Shown here in pieces: positions 45,294-55,238 of a stretch of DNA of 64,000 nt (position 1 is the first letter of the stretch; each line of letters opens with the position of its first letter). The stretch is from Candidatus Nomurabacteria bacterium. GTDB taxonomy: Bacteria > Patescibacteriota > Minisyncoccia > Phycocordibacterales > UBA5272. Position numbers and translations under genes: made by a program. Location: positions 91,501-155,500 of the forward strand of contig JAQBRF010000004.1 of NCBI GenBank assembly GCA_028286645.1, in the 5' to 3' direction. The notes below the pieces were generated by a model. That model had not been told where the DNA came from. It made no database searches and worked only from the letters and a program-made list of their open reading frames with translations.

Positions 45294-45323
45294 CTAGCAA
45301 CTAGTAACGTGTAACTATATACT
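45294..45323 (+). promoter_or_regulatory. promoter with shared element CTAGCAACTAGTAACG (TAGCAA-17-TATACT), leaderless
   Basis: See 42208; the -10 box is 6 nt before the ATG at 45330. Confidence 0.45.
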
Positions 45324-45329
45324 ATTATT

Positions 45330-45713
45330 ATGAATCCATATTTATCAATTTCTGTTGGAGACTCTGCGACATTGATACATTATATTGTTGACGGAGAAAT
45401 AGTTGTATCACATACGCATCCAATTGGATTCAAAAATATTGAAGCTGAAGGAATGAATGTAATCGCGGGATCGAAATTAGTAGATGGAATACTTTACGCG
45501 CTAGAATTCATATCTTTACACGATAGAATTCCTACGAACTTTAAATTAATCGCTCCAAGATATGCAACATGGATAGGCGAAGTGATAGAGAACACATCTT
45601 ATTCACAGTTCTACACGAATGGCGCACCAGTAAGTGTTACACTTGAGGGTACAGAAGAAGCTCCTTTCTCTTATGCAAGACATACGCAAACCATATTCTC
45701 GTTCAAGGTCTAA
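45330..45713 (+). CDS. hypothetical protein (127 aa)
   Basis: ORF with a leaderless promoter. Overlaps the next ORF for about 80 nt in another frame. Confidence 0.4.
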   Translation: MNPYLSISVGDSATLIHYIVDGEIVVSHTHPIGFKNIEAEGMNVIAGSKLVDGILYALEFISLHDRIPTNFKLIAPRYATWIGEVIENTSYSQFYTNGAPVSVTLEGTEEAPFSYARHTQTIFSFKV

Positions 45714-45840
45714 CCGCGAACTAAATAACAAAGTGACAGAATTCGAAAAGCACTCATATCCTAGAGATACATTTGAAGAGGATGCTGAACCTGCGCCTAT
45801 CTCTATCCCTATTAAAAGATCTCGCCGCGACATCCATAGC

Positions 45841-47058
45841 ATGGAAATGTACCCTCGCCGCCGAGCCGATGATCTTGAAAGAAGAGACGGATCCGACAGG
45901 AGAGACACTATAACTGGAGCTAGACGGCGAAAGGGAAGCGCGGGTACTTGGATTTTTATATTAGTTGTGGTGGCTCTCGCCGTGGCGGCATATCTTTTGA
46001 CGTATGTATTTAATAGCTCCACAATTACTATTGTACCGAAATATCAAGATATAGATGTAAATAAAACTATTACTTTTAGTAAAGAAGGAAGCGGGGTAGA
46101 AGGAGTGAGTTTTATAGTCGCGACATCTTCAATTACAAAATCAAAAGCTTTGCCACTATCAGAAACAAAGCAAGTACAAGCTAAAGCTCAAGGTAAAGTA
46201 ATTATTTATAACAATTACGATACTAATCCTCAAAGATTAATTAAAAATACTCGCTTTGAATCTTCTTCAGGAAAGATTTATCGCATAAATGAATCTGTAA
46301 CAGTGCCTGGTAAGACCGGGTCAACTCCTGGAAGCTTAGAAGTTACGATTTATGCTGATAGTTACGGAGCGGATTATAATAGTGCGCCGACGGATTTCAC
46401 AATACCCGGATTTAAAGGCGGCCCAATGTATAGCGCTTTCTTTGCAAGATCTGACGGACCTATTTCTGGAGGAGCGTCAGGAAATGTATCTCTAGCTTCA
46501 TTGTCTGATATTAATGCAGCAAAAGATGCTCTTGCTCTTGAATTAATAGCAAAAGTTAAAGATGATCTTTCTGGAGTAAAAAAGGATGGGTATGTCGGCA
46601 TGTACGGGGCAATAGACGTAATCTATGAAGACAATGAAGCTGCTCTGCTTGCAGGAAATACTTCAACTTATGAAGTTACGGCAACCGGATACCTTATGCT
46701 TGCGAATAATAACGAGCTTGCGAAGAATCTCGCACAGGAGATCAGGGATTATCCAGGAGATATGGTGAGGCTAGGGTACGAGGATACTTTAACCTTCACA
46801 AGAAAGGATACAGATCATATTAATGCAAATGATTCCCTGTCTATTTTAGTAGAAGGAAAACCAAGAATAATTTGGGTAATTAATCAAGATGATATTAAGA
46901 CTCTTCTTGCCGGAAAGAATCGGTCAGAGTTTGAACCGCTTATGAAATCTAATAAAAGTATTGAAGGAGCAGAGATTGGGTTCTCTCCGCTGTGGCTTAC
47001 TAAGTTTCCGGCTGATACAAGTAAAATCGGAGTTGTAGAATCTCTGCCAAAGCGTTGA
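45841..47058 (+). CDS. membrane-anchored hypothetical protein with an Arg-rich cytoplasmic tail and a large extracytoplasmic domain
   Basis: MEMYPRRRADDLERRDGSDRRD... then the TM helix WIFILVVVALAVAAYLL. The frame is open back to 45634, so the start is uncertain and a frameshift fusion with 45330..45713 is possible. Confidence 0.45.
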   Translation: MEMYPRRRADDLERRDGSDRRDTITGARRRKGSAGTWIFILVVVALAVAAYLLTYVFNSSTITIVPKYQDIDVNKTITFSKEGSGVEGVSFIVATSSITKSKALPLSETKQVQAKAQGKVIIYNNYDTNPQRLIKNTRFESSSGKIYRINESVTVPGKTGSTPGSLEVTIYADSYGADYNSAPTDFTIPGFKGGPMYSAFFARSDGPISGGASGNVSLASLSDINAAKDALALELIAKVKDDLSGVKKDGYVGMYGAIDVIYEDNEAALLAGNTSTYEVTATGYLMLANNNELAKNLAQEIRDYPGDMVRLGYEDTLTFTRKDTDHINANDSLSILVEGKPRIIWVINQDDIKTLLAGKNRSEFEPLMKSNKSIEGAEIGFSPLWLTKFPADTSKIGVVESLPKR

Positions 47059-47095
47059 TAATAAGGAACATTACTGATACAATAGTTAGTACTTT

Positions 47096-47308
47096 ATGGC
47101 AGATACCGATATAGATACAATAGAAGGTCGCGTAATAGAAGCTCTTCCCAGTACTCTTTTCCGCGTAGACACTGGAAATGGAAAAATTATGCTCTCATAT
47201 TTAGGAGGAAAAATGAGAATTCATAAAATAAAAGTATTAGTTGGAGATAAAGTTTTAGTGCAGGTGGATCCATACGGAGGCAAGGGGAGAATTATCAAGC
47301 GTATATAA
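47096..47308 (+). CDS. infA: translation initiation factor IF-1
   Basis: 70 aa; S1-like OB fold with the GKMR...KVLVGDKVLVQVDPYGGKGRIIKR signature. Confidence 0.9.
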   Translation: MADTDIDTIEGRVIEALPSTLFRVDTGNGKIMLSYLGGKMRIHKIKVLVGDKVLVQVDPYGGKGRIIKRI

Positions 47309-47504
47309 AAGATAATTTTCAATCGACAGTTCTCAATTCCCACTTAGTTTTCAATGAATTAATGTTTAAAAGTTGAAGAATTGTTTATTATTGAAATGAT
47401 GAATTGATAATTGTAAAGAAGGCCTCTGGTCTGTCTCCGGGGAGTCTTTAGGATTTGATTTGCAAAAAATCACAAAATATACTATAATTATAACCACTTT
47501 TCTC

Positions 47505-47618
47505 ATGAAAATAAGATCGTCAATAAAGCCAATTTGTTCAAAGTGTCAGATGATAAAGCGAGGCGGAGTGCTTCGCGTAATTTGTGTTACTCCTAAACAT
47601 AAGCAGGCTCAAGGATAG
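47505..47618 (+). CDS. rpmJ: 50S ribosomal protein L36
   Basis: Not in the supplied ORF track (37 aa). Translation [37 protein letters not shown] matches the L36 zinc-ribbon signature (C..C...C....H). TATAAT at 47483. Confidence 0.85.
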   Translation: MKIRSSIKPICSKCQMIKRGGVLRVICVTPKHKQAQG

Positions 47619-47641
47619 TCTAAAAATAATTTATATCTTAT

Positions 47642-48022
47642 ATGCGTATCTCAGGTATTACTCTCCCAGAAAATAAAAGACTAGAAATTGCTTTAACTGC
47701 AGTTTATGGTGTAGGACGTCCTCGTGCCAAGATGATCATAAGCAAGCTTGGTCTTGAAGATGGAATGAAGACTACAGAATTGACAGGAGATCAAGAAAAT
47801 CAGATACGACGTGAAATTGAACTATTTAAGACGGAAGGAGATCTTAAGAGAGAGATGCAACAGAACATAAAGCGTCTTAAAGACATCAAGGCCTATAGAG
47901 GCATAAGGCACATTAGACATTTACCAGCGCGCGGGCAGAGAACAAAGACTAACAGCCGTACAGTTAGAGGTAACGTACGCCGCACGATGGGAAGCGGTAG
48001 AAGAAAGGCTGAGAAGACATAA
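47642..48022 (+). CDS. rpsM: 30S ribosomal protein S13
   Basis: MRISGITLPENKRLEIALTAVYGVGR N-terminus and a basic C-terminal tail. Confidence 0.95.
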   Translation: MRISGITLPENKRLEIALTAVYGVGRPRAKMIISKLGLEDGMKTTELTGDQENQIRREIELFKTEGDLKREMQQNIKRLKDIKAYRGIRHIRHLPARGQRTKTNSRTVRGNVRRTMGSGRRKAEKT

Positions 48023-48052
48023 AATACAATCTGAAATAAATACACATAACAT

Positions 48053-48487
48053 ATGGGAAAGAAAAGAATAGTAAAAAAGAATAGCTCTGGTGTAGATAAT
48101 GCGCTGAAAGCTCGATCACTTGCAAAGGTGATGAAAAAAAGGATTGTTGAAGGAACACTCTATGTTAATTCAACTTACAACAACACCAGGCTTTCTCTAG
48201 CAGATAGACAGGGGAATGTTATAGCCTGGTCTTCGTCTGGCGCTCTAGGGTTTAAAGGTGCAAAGAAGGGTACTCCGTTTGCTGCGTCAAAGATCGGAGA
48301 GCTCATCGGAGAAAAAGCTCAGCAAGCAGGAATAAAAGAAGTGATTGTAGTAGTAAACGGAGTAGGTTCAGGCCGAGAATCAGCTATCCGTGGATTTTCT
48401 ACATTCGGAGTAGAAATAGTTTCCATTATTGATAAAACACCGGTTCCACACAACGGGCCAAAGCCGCGTAAGCCGCGACATATTTAA
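48053..48487 (+). CDS. rpsK: 30S ribosomal protein S11
   Basis: AWSSSGALGFKGAKKGTPFAA signature. Confidence 0.95.
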   Translation: MGKKRIVKKNSSGVDNALKARSLAKVMKKRIVEGTLYVNSTYNNTRLSLADRQGNVIAWSSSGALGFKGAKKGTPFAASKIGELIGEKAQQAGIKEVIVVVNGVGSGRESAIRGFSTFGVEIVSIIDKTPVPHNGPKPRKPRHI

Positions 48488-48492
48488 TATTT

Positions 48493-49113
48493 ATGAGTAG
48501 AATTACATGTAAAACTTGCCGTCGTCTAGGAGAATCACTTTGTGGCCGTGAGAAGTGTGCTTTTAAGAAGCGTCCATATGCTCCTGGAAGATTAGATAGC
48601 GAAAGAAAACACAGATCATCGACTTCAGAATATGGAGAGCAGCTTCGTGCAAAGCAAAAGATGCGTATAACCTACGGTCTTATGGAAAAGCAGTTTGCAA
48701 GCTATGTGAAAACTGCCACCGAAAAGCATGAAACAGGCGAAGGCGCAGCTACTCCTTCACTTAAGCTTTCACGAGTTTTAGAATCTCGACTAGACAATAT
48801 GGTTTTCAGATCAGGATTTGCAAATACACGCGCTCTTGCTCGTCAATTAGTTTCTCACGGACATATTGATGTAAATGGCAGAAGAATCAATGTGGCTTCA
48901 CATAAGACTAAAGTAGGGGATGTTCTATCTATCCGTGAGGGTAGTAGAAAGGCTAAAGTGTTCGATGGTCTTGCGGAAAAGTTAAGAGGAATGTCACCAG
49001 ATTATGTGGTGACAGTTAATCCGGACGCTCTTTCGGCTGAAATAAAAGCTGAACTTAGAGAGGTTACAGGAGTATTTGATATCCAGAAAGTTCTGGAATA
49101 CTACTCAAGATAG
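48493..49113 (+). CDS. rpsD: 30S ribosomal protein S4
   Basis: N-terminal C4 zinc finger (CKTCRR...CGREKC) and an S4 RNA-binding domain. Confidence 0.95.
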   Translation: MSRITCKTCRRLGESLCGREKCAFKKRPYAPGRLDSERKHRSSTSEYGEQLRAKQKMRITYGLMEKQFASYVKTATEKHETGEGAATPSLKLSRVLESRLDNMVFRSGFANTRALARQLVSHGHIDVNGRRINVASHKTKVGDVLSIREGSRKAKVFDGLAEKLRGMSPDYVVTVNPDALSAEIKAELREVTGVFDIQKVLEYYSR

Positions 49114-49273
49114 CCCTACTTACTAACACATACTTGCATTTTTTGCAATTTCGGGTTAAAATAGTAGGACTTTCTTATAAAGGTGTATATAACGTTTCTT
49201 AAATTAAGCTTAATAAAACTTTTGTAAGCAGCCACAGCGAGCTTCTTACGGAAAATAAACATTTATATTTTAT

Positions 49274-50239
49274 ATGTCTTCACATTCCATTATATTACCT
49301 TCAAAACCTAAAATTGTTAAAGAAGATGCCATATCTGGCGTTTATGAAATCGATGGACTTTATCCTGGGTATGGACACACTCTAGGAAATTCACTTCGTC
49401 GTATTATTTTATCTTCCATTCCAGGAGCCGCTATAACGTCTCTATCAATCGATGGTGTTAAACACGAGTTTTCTGCAATTGATGGTATCAAGGAAGATGT
49501 GATTGCCATTATCCTTAATCTTAAGAAGACCAGATTTAAACTTCATGGCGATGAAGCACAAAAAGCAACTCTTCATATAAAAGGCGGAAAGGTTATAACT
49601 GCAAAAGACATTACTCTCCCGACTCAGCTAGAGGTTTTAAATGATGATCAATATATTTGCGAATCAACTGCCAAGACTGTAGATCTAGCAATTGAAATTA
49701 CAGTAGAGAAGGGACTTGGATATGTGCCACGAGAGTCTCTGCAAAAAGAAAAAGCTGATATAGGAACTATTTTCCTGGATGCTTCATTTACTCCAATTCG
49801 ACGCGTGAGCTACGAAGTGGAAAACATGCGCGTGGGTGACAGAACAGACAATAACCGCTTAAGAATTTCTATAGAAACAGACGGAACGATTACTCCGAAC
49901 GATGCTCTTGTCGGAGCGATCCAGACCATGATCACACAGCTTCAGGCTATAGTCGGATTCCGTCAGGAAGTTATTGACGCTCCACAAGAAAAAGCTTTCG
50001 TGTCTTCTCCGGTTGATTCTGACTCACTTGATACGACAGATGCTACAAAGGTAAAAATCGAAGATTTAGGTCTTTCGACTCGGACAGAAAACGCCCTTGT
50101 TTCAGCTTCAATCCGTACAGCAGGAGGATTAGCACGAAAGAGCGAATCAGATTTACTGTCGACTGATGGTTTAGGAGAAAAAGGAATTACAGAAATTAAG
50201 AAGGCATTATCAGACCTAGGACTTACGCTAAAGGATTAG
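49274..50239 (+). CDS. rpoA: DNA-directed RNA polymerase alpha subunit
   Basis: GYGHTLGNSLRRILLSS N-terminal-domain motif and a C-terminal domain. Confidence 0.95.
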   Translation: MSSHSIILPSKPKIVKEDAISGVYEIDGLYPGYGHTLGNSLRRIILSSIPGAAITSLSIDGVKHEFSAIDGIKEDVIAIILNLKKTRFKLHGDEAQKATLHIKGGKVITAKDITLPTQLEVLNDDQYICESTAKTVDLAIEITVEKGLGYVPRESLQKEKADIGTIFLDASFTPIRRVSYEVENMRVGDRTDNNRLRISIETDGTITPNDALVGAIQTMITQLQAIVGFRQEVIDAPQEKAFVSSPVDSDSLDTTDATKVKIEDLGLSTRTENALVSASIRTAGGLARKSESDLLSTDGLGEKGITEIKKALSDLGLTLKD

Positions 50240-50282
50240 TAAAAGTCACGAAAAGATGATATAGTAGGTCAACTTATTAAGT

Positions 50283-50636
50283 ATGAAACATCACAAAGCA
50301 TTCAGAAAATTCGGAAGAGAAAAGAACCAGCGCAAAGCCTTTGTGCGCGGTCTTGTGGTGAATCTAGTTCGTCACGGACGGATCGAAACAACTCTTGCGC
50401 GAGCAAAGGAAATTCGTCCTTTAACTGAAAGACTTATTACGCTTGCAAAAGAAGATACTGTTTCAAGAAGAAGACTAGTTGCTTCTCGCATAATGAATCA
50501 GGAATTAGAAACGAAGAAAATTTTCACGGAGTATGCTCCTAAATATAAAGATATAAGCGGAGGGTACACCAGAATACTTAAACTTTCTACCAGACTTTCT
50601 GATGGAGCGGAGAAAGCTATAATCGAATTTGTATAA
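50283..50636 (+). CDS. rplQ: 50S ribosomal protein L17
   Basis: MKHHKAFRKFGREKNQRKAFVRGLVVNLVRHGRIETT. Confidence 0.95.
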   Translation: MKHHKAFRKFGREKNQRKAFVRGLVVNLVRHGRIETTLARAKEIRPLTERLITLAKEDTVSRRRLVASRIMNQELETKKIFTEYAPKYKDISGGYTRILKLSTRLSDGAEKAIIEFV

Positions 50637-50640
50637 ATAT

Positions 50641-50985
50641 ATGAACCATACCATTGATGCCACAAACAAATCTCTTGGACGTCTTGCTGCAGAAGTCGCG
50701 GCTCTTCTTAATAACAAAAATAGCGTAGCTTTCGTAAAGAATAAAGTAGCGGAAGGAACTGTTACAGTAACTAACGCAAGCAAAATTAAAGTAACAGGAA
50801 ATAAGATGAAGGAAAGCGTCCATAAGTCATACTCAGGATATCCTGGAGGCTTAAAAGAAATGCCACTACACTATGTAGTAGAAAAGAAAGGGTATACAGA
50901 GTTGCTAACTCATGCAGTTAGAGGCATGCTTCCAAAGAATCGACTTCAGGAAGTGCGTATGAAGAATCTAAAAATAGAAGAATAA
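50641..50985 (+). CDS. rplM: 50S ribosomal protein L13
   Basis: MNHTIDATNKSLGRLAAEVAALLNNK. The start is moved from 50629 to 50641 so that the TATAAAT box lies directly upstream. Confidence 0.9.
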   Translation: MNHTIDATNKSLGRLAAEVAALLNNKNSVAFVKNKVAEGTVTVTNASKIKVTGNKMKESVHKSYSGYPGGLKEMPLHYVVEKKGYTELLTHAVRGMLPKNRLQEVRMKNLKIEE

Positions 50986-50991
50986 TAATAT

Positions 50992-51390
50992 ATGGCAGAA
51001 ACTAGATACATTGAAAATATTGGAAGAAGAAAAACAGCAGTAGCGCGAGTGCGTATTACGCCTGCTACAAAGGGATCATTTATAGTAAATGGAAAAGAGC
51101 TTCATGAGTATTTCCCAGTGAAAGATCTTCAGACAGTTGCGGAAGAGGCTATTTCAAAAGGTGAAGTTACGGAAAAGTACACTATTACAGTACAAGTGGT
51201 AGGTGGAGGCATTCACGCTCAAGCAGAAGCCATTCGTCACGGACTATCACGCTCACTTGTTGAACGAGATGAAGAAGTAAAGAATAAATTAAAGAAGTTA
51301 GGCTTCCTAAAGCGTGATGCGAGAAAGGTGGAACGAAAGAAATTCGGATTAAAGAAAGCTAGAAAGGCGCCCACTTGGTCAAAGAGATAG
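50992..51390 (+). CDS. rpsI: 30S ribosomal protein S9
   Basis: The C-terminal GLLKRDARKVERKKFGLKKARKAPTWSKR is diagnostic. Confidence 0.95.
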   Translation: MAETRYIENIGRRKTAVARVRITPATKGSFIVNGKELHEYFPVKDLQTVAEEAISKGEVTEKYTITVQVVGGGIHAQAEAIRHGLSRSLVERDEEVKNKLKKLGFLKRDARKVERKKFGLKKARKAPTWSKR

Positions 51391-51507
51391 TAATATTCTT
51401 TACTTTATCATTCTTGATGCATCCCGATTTTTGTATTTATATTAGTTTGACATTTCTTTAAGTGTGTTTTAGAGTGATCTTAGGTAGCCAAACGCAAAGG
51501 GGACATA

Positions 51508-52011
51508 ATGCTCATCGCACTATACCAAGCCGCTAACATGTATTTTCCGGACTCCAACAAACTCGATCAGCCCTATCGGATATTAGAGAATCGTGAAGAA
51601 CTTTTTTCCCATTCGGAAGTTGCCACATCATGGATGTGGCAACTGTTGCAGGCCATAGACGCCATGATGGATATGCCCATCATGGCGCATGTGGCGATTC
51701 CATATCGAGCGCGGAAGTTTCTCCCTGATTACTGGGGAGTGAAGGTGCTTTTCACGACATTGCCTAAGAATTACCGAAAGGGGTCACTGCCAAAGGTTGT
51801 TAACGAACAAGGAGATCGGCTCGTGCAAAAGCTCCTTGCCCTTCGCTGTGTGGGGAAAGAGATAAGCTGTGATCCGATCAAGCCTGCGGAATATTGGGAA
51901 GAATTCCTGCGCACCGCGCTTCTTGCGGAGAGAGATCGAGTCTTTAAACAAACCGAAGATGAGATCCAAAAAGCCCAAAGCCTCCGAAGTCTGTACAAAG
52001 TAATCAAGTGA
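51508..52011 (+). CDS. hypothetical protein (167 aa), GC-rich class
   Basis: AAAGGGGA 5 nt upstream of the ATG; elevated GC. Confidence 0.4.
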   Translation: MLIALYQAANMYFPDSNKLDQPYRILENREELFSHSEVATSWMWQLLQAIDAMMDMPIMAHVAIPYRARKFLPDYWGVKVLFTTLPKNYRKGSLPKVVNEQGDRLVQKLLALRCVGKEISCDPIKPAEYWEEFLRTALLAERDRVFKQTEDEIQKAQSLRSLYKVIK

Positions 52012-52048
52012 AGCCAGGCCGCCCAAGTATTGGGCGGTATTTTCTTGA

Positions 52049-52078
52049 CAAATATTTCCGAATGGTTTATATAAATAT
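52049..52078 (+). promoter_or_regulatory. candidate promoter TTGACA-17-TATATA upstream of grpE
   Basis: ttgacaaatatttccgaatggtttatataaat. No CIRCE inverted repeat seen. Confidence 0.35.
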
Positions 52079-52164
52079 GGTACCCGAATGAAATGCTATA
52101 CTGACATGACAGAAAGATAGATCGACCCCTAAATAGAATTATAAATTAACCAGATAGTTCATAT

Positions 52165-52803
52165 ATGAATGAAGAAAACAAAGAACAATCTGCAGATGAA
52201 ACTTTTAAAGAAAAGATAGAGCAGGAAAAAGATAATATTGAAGTAACTCCATCGAGCGCCGAGTCGGACGATGTCTCATTTGAAGAAACGGACGAGGATG
52301 GCAATGCTCCGACAGGAGCGGCTGCTATCAAAAAGCTTAGGGAAAAGGTGAAAAGATTAGAAAAAGAGAAACAAGAATATCTGCTTTTAAGCCAGCGCTC
52401 ACGGGCAGATTATGTGAACTTTAAAAAGGAAGTAGAAGAGAAGAGGTCAATAGACCGAAAGTTCGCAGTTAAGAATTTTATAGAAGACCTTCTTCCGGTC
52501 CTCGATGCATATGATATGGCTCAAGCAAATAAAGAAGCATGGGAAAAGGTAGACAAAAATTGGAGGGTTGGCATTGAATATATATTTAACCAATTTACGT
52601 CAATTTTAGAAAAAGAAGGAGTAACACAATTTGGAGAAGTTGGAGAAAAGTTCAATCCGAACACCCACGAAAGCATAGAAATTATAAAAGTTACAGATCC
52701 GAACGAAAGTGATAAAATTGTAAAAGTCTTACAGAAGGGATATAAAATGCACGATACTATTTTACGTCCCGCCCGAGTGCATGTGGGTCATCATGAAGAA
52801 TAA
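52165..52803 (+). CDS. grpE: nucleotide exchange factor GrpE
   Basis: An acidic N-terminus, a coiled coil, the LSQRSRADYVNFKK motif, and a C-terminal beta domain. Confidence 0.9.
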   Translation: MNEENKEQSADETFKEKIEQEKDNIEVTPSSAESDDVSFEETDEDGNAPTGAAAIKKLREKVKRLEKEKQEYLLLSQRSRADYVNFKKEVEEKRSIDRKFAVKNFIEDLLPVLDAYDMAQANKEAWEKVDKNWRVGIEYIFNQFTSILEKEGVTQFGEVGEKFNPNTHESIEIIKVTDPNESDKIVKVLQKGYKMHDTILRPARVHVGHHEE

Positions 52804-52845
52804 ACTTAGAAATTATTTATTAGAATTTAGAAATTATTACATACT

Positions 52846-54732
52846 ATGTCAAAAATAATTGGAATAGATCTTGGAACTACAAACTCCGCAGTGGCAATCA
52901 TTGAAGGAGGCCATCCAAAGATAATTGAAAACCTAGAAGGAAACCGTACGACACCATCTGTTGTTTCGGTAAATAAAAATGGCGAAAGAGCAGTTGGGCA
53001 AATCGCTAAGCGTCAGGCAGTTACAAATCCAGAAAACACCATCTATGGAGTGAAACGTTTTATGGGGCACTCATTTACAGATAAAGATGTACAGGATGAC
53101 ATTCCGCGGGTGGCATATAAAATAAAATCTGGGAATGATGGAGGCGTGCTTATAAATTTGGGTGGCAAGGATTCTCGTCCAGAAGAAATAAGCGCGATGA
53201 TCTTACAGAAAATAAAGGCAGATGTAGAAGCGAAACTCGGAGAAAAGATTACAGAGGCAGTTATCACAGTACCTGCATACTTTAATGATGCTCAACGCCA
53301 GGCTACAATCGCGGCAGGTAAAATAGCGGGCCTTGATGTAAAGAGAATTATTCCAGAACCAACGGCTGCGGCTTTAGCATATGGATATAACAGCTCTAAG
53401 AATGAAAAGATTGCCGTGTATGACTTAGGAGGAGGAACATTTGATATTTCCATTTTAGAAGTAGGTGATGGCATTGTGGAAGTGAAGTCAGTCGATGGGG
53501 ATTCACATTTAGGCGGACGCGATATTGACCAAAAGTTTGTGCGATTTATAGCAGAAGAATTTAAAAAGGATCAAGGAATAGATGTTACAAAAGATCCTCT
53601 TGCACTTCAGAGATTAGATGAAGCGGCAGAAAAAGCAAAGCATGAACTTTCAACCCAGGCAGAAACCGAAATAAATATTCCATTCATCACTTCAGGGGCT
53701 GATGGTCCCAAGCATTTGCTTATGAAAGTAACGCGTGCCAAGTTAGAAGAAATAGCCAAGCCTTTTATCGATAGATCGATTGAGATCACCAAACGCGCAC
53801 TAGATAATTCACCATTTAAAAAAGAAGATATCCATGAAATCATCATGGTGGGAGGACAAACACGTATGCCTATGGTTATAGAAGCGGTAAAGGCGCTGTT
53901 TGGTAAAGAACCAAATCGTTCCATTAATCCAGATGAAGTGGTGGCGCTTGGCGCTGCAGTTCAAGCTGGGGTATTACAAGGAGATATTGGGAAAGATATT
54001 ACTTTACTTGATGTGACTCCGCTTACTCTTTCTATCGAAACTATGGGGGGAGTAGCTACGCCGATAGTAAAGAAAAATACAACCATTCCAACTAATGCTT
54101 CACAAGTATTTTCTACTGCTGCTGATAACCAAACTTCTGTAGAAATTCACATCACCCAAGGAGAGCGTCCAATGGCGGCAGATAATAAATCTCTAGGCAG
54201 GTTTATCTTAGACGGCATTCCTCCAGCTCCACGAGGCATGCCACAAGTAGAAGTAACGTTTGATATCGACGCAAACGGTGTGTTAAATGTAACTGCAAAA
54301 GATAAAACTTCTGGAAAAGTTCAGTCAATTAAGATTGAAGCATCGTCTGGGCTTACGGATGATGAGATAAAGAAGATGCAGGCAGATGCTGAAGTTCATG
54401 CGGATGAAGATAAGAAGAAAAAAGAATTCGTTGAATCAAAGAATATGGCCGACGTTCTCGTTCACACTGCAGAGAAAGCTCTTAAAGATGCAGAAGGGAA
54501 AATAGGCGATGACATTAAAAAAGAAATAACAGATGCAATTGAAGAAGTAAAGAAAGCTCAAAATGGTGGAGATACTGAAGTGCTTAAAAAATCCACGGAA
54601 GATCTTTCACAAAAGTTGATGAAGATAGGAGAAGCAATGAAGACTGCGGGGGATAATGCTGCTCCAAATCCCGCACCAGAAAGCCCTACCGATATTCCAG
54701 AAGATAAAAAAGAAGGAGAAACTAAGGCATAA
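52846..54732 (+). CDS. dnaK: molecular chaperone DnaK (Hsp70)
   Basis: [26 protein letters not shown] and the rest of the canonical Hsp70 signatures. Confidence 0.97.
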   Translation: MSKIIGIDLGTTNSAVAIIEGGHPKIIENLEGNRTTPSVVSVNKNGERAVGQIAKRQAVTNPENTIYGVKRFMGHSFTDKDVQDDIPRVAYKIKSGNDGGVLINLGGKDSRPEEISAMILQKIKADVEAKLGEKITEAVITVPAYFNDAQRQATIAAGKIAGLDVKRIIPEPTAAALAYGYNSSKNEKIAVYDLGGGTFDISILEVGDGIVEVKSVDGDSHLGGRDIDQKFVRFIAEEFKKDQGIDVTKDPLALQRLDEAAEKAKHELSTQAETEINIPFITSGADGPKHLLMKVTRAKLEEIAKPFIDRSIEITKRALDNSPFKKEDIHEIIMVGGQTRMPMVIEAVKALFGKEPNRSINPDEVVALGAAVQAGVLQGDIGKDITLLDVTPLTLSIETMGGVATPIVKKNTTIPTNASQVFSTAADNQTSVEIHITQGERPMAADNKSLGRFILDGIPPAPRGMPQVEVTFDIDANGVLNVTAKDKTSGKVQSIKIEASSGLTDDEIKKMQADAEVHADEDKKKKEFVESKNMADVLVHTAEKALKDAEGKIGDDIKKEITDAIEEVKKAQNGGDTEVLKKSTEDLSQKLMKIGEAMKTAGDNAAPNPAPESPTDIPEDKKEGETKA

Positions 54733-54762
54733 AAAAGTGGCCGGAGTTTCCGGCCACTTTCT
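54731..54762. terminator. bidirectional intrinsic terminator
   Basis: gtggccgg-agttt-ccggccac, flanked by aaaaaa upstream and tttctgg downstream. Confidence 0.65.
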
Positions 54763-54770
54763 GGTCTTAT

Positions 54771-55238
54771 TCAGAATGGAACATGCATGTACAGGCCGTA
54801 GATCACGTCATGGCCAATAGGGATGATGGCCGGCAGCTCTGGGCAATTGACGAGAGTCAATTTATTGAGCGCTGGATAAAACGAATATTCAATCCATCCC
54901 AGAGGCCTCCGCATGCTGTTACTTCGCCCAGCTACGAATCCGTTAGGACCGCAATTCCCTGTAGACCAGAGTTCCCGGATGGCAGTGCGAAGTTGTACCT
55001 CAAGACACGCAACGGGCTCAAACATCTCTTCCCACAGCTTTTCAATAAGCGCCCCCGAAGTTGCGGGAAATTTGCTGTCCATGCTCCGGATGACTCCGAA
55101 ATAGCCGGCGTCAGTCTGGAAAGACCCATTCGGCTCTTTAAGCTGGAGCACCGGAAATGGCTCAGGGATACGTGCGAGACATTCGGGAAATGGCTCAGGG
55201 AGGGAAAGCTTGGTGAAAGGCAACAGTCGCGAATGCAT
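54771..55238 (-). CDS. hypothetical protein (155 aa), GC-rich class
   Basis: ATG at 55238 (MHSRLLPF...); the listed longer ORF begins with TTG. Convergent with dnaK behind the bidirectional terminator. The overlapping plus ORF 54783..55319 is the alternative reading. Confidence 0.3.
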   Translation of the reverse strand: MHSRLLPFTKLSLPEPFPECLARIPEPFPVLQLKEPNGSFQTDAGYFGVIRSMDSKFPATSGALIEKLWEEMFEPVACLEVQLRTAIRELWSTGNCGPNGFVAGRSNSMRRPLGWIEYSFYPALNKLTLVNCPELPAIIPIGHDVIYGLYMHVPF

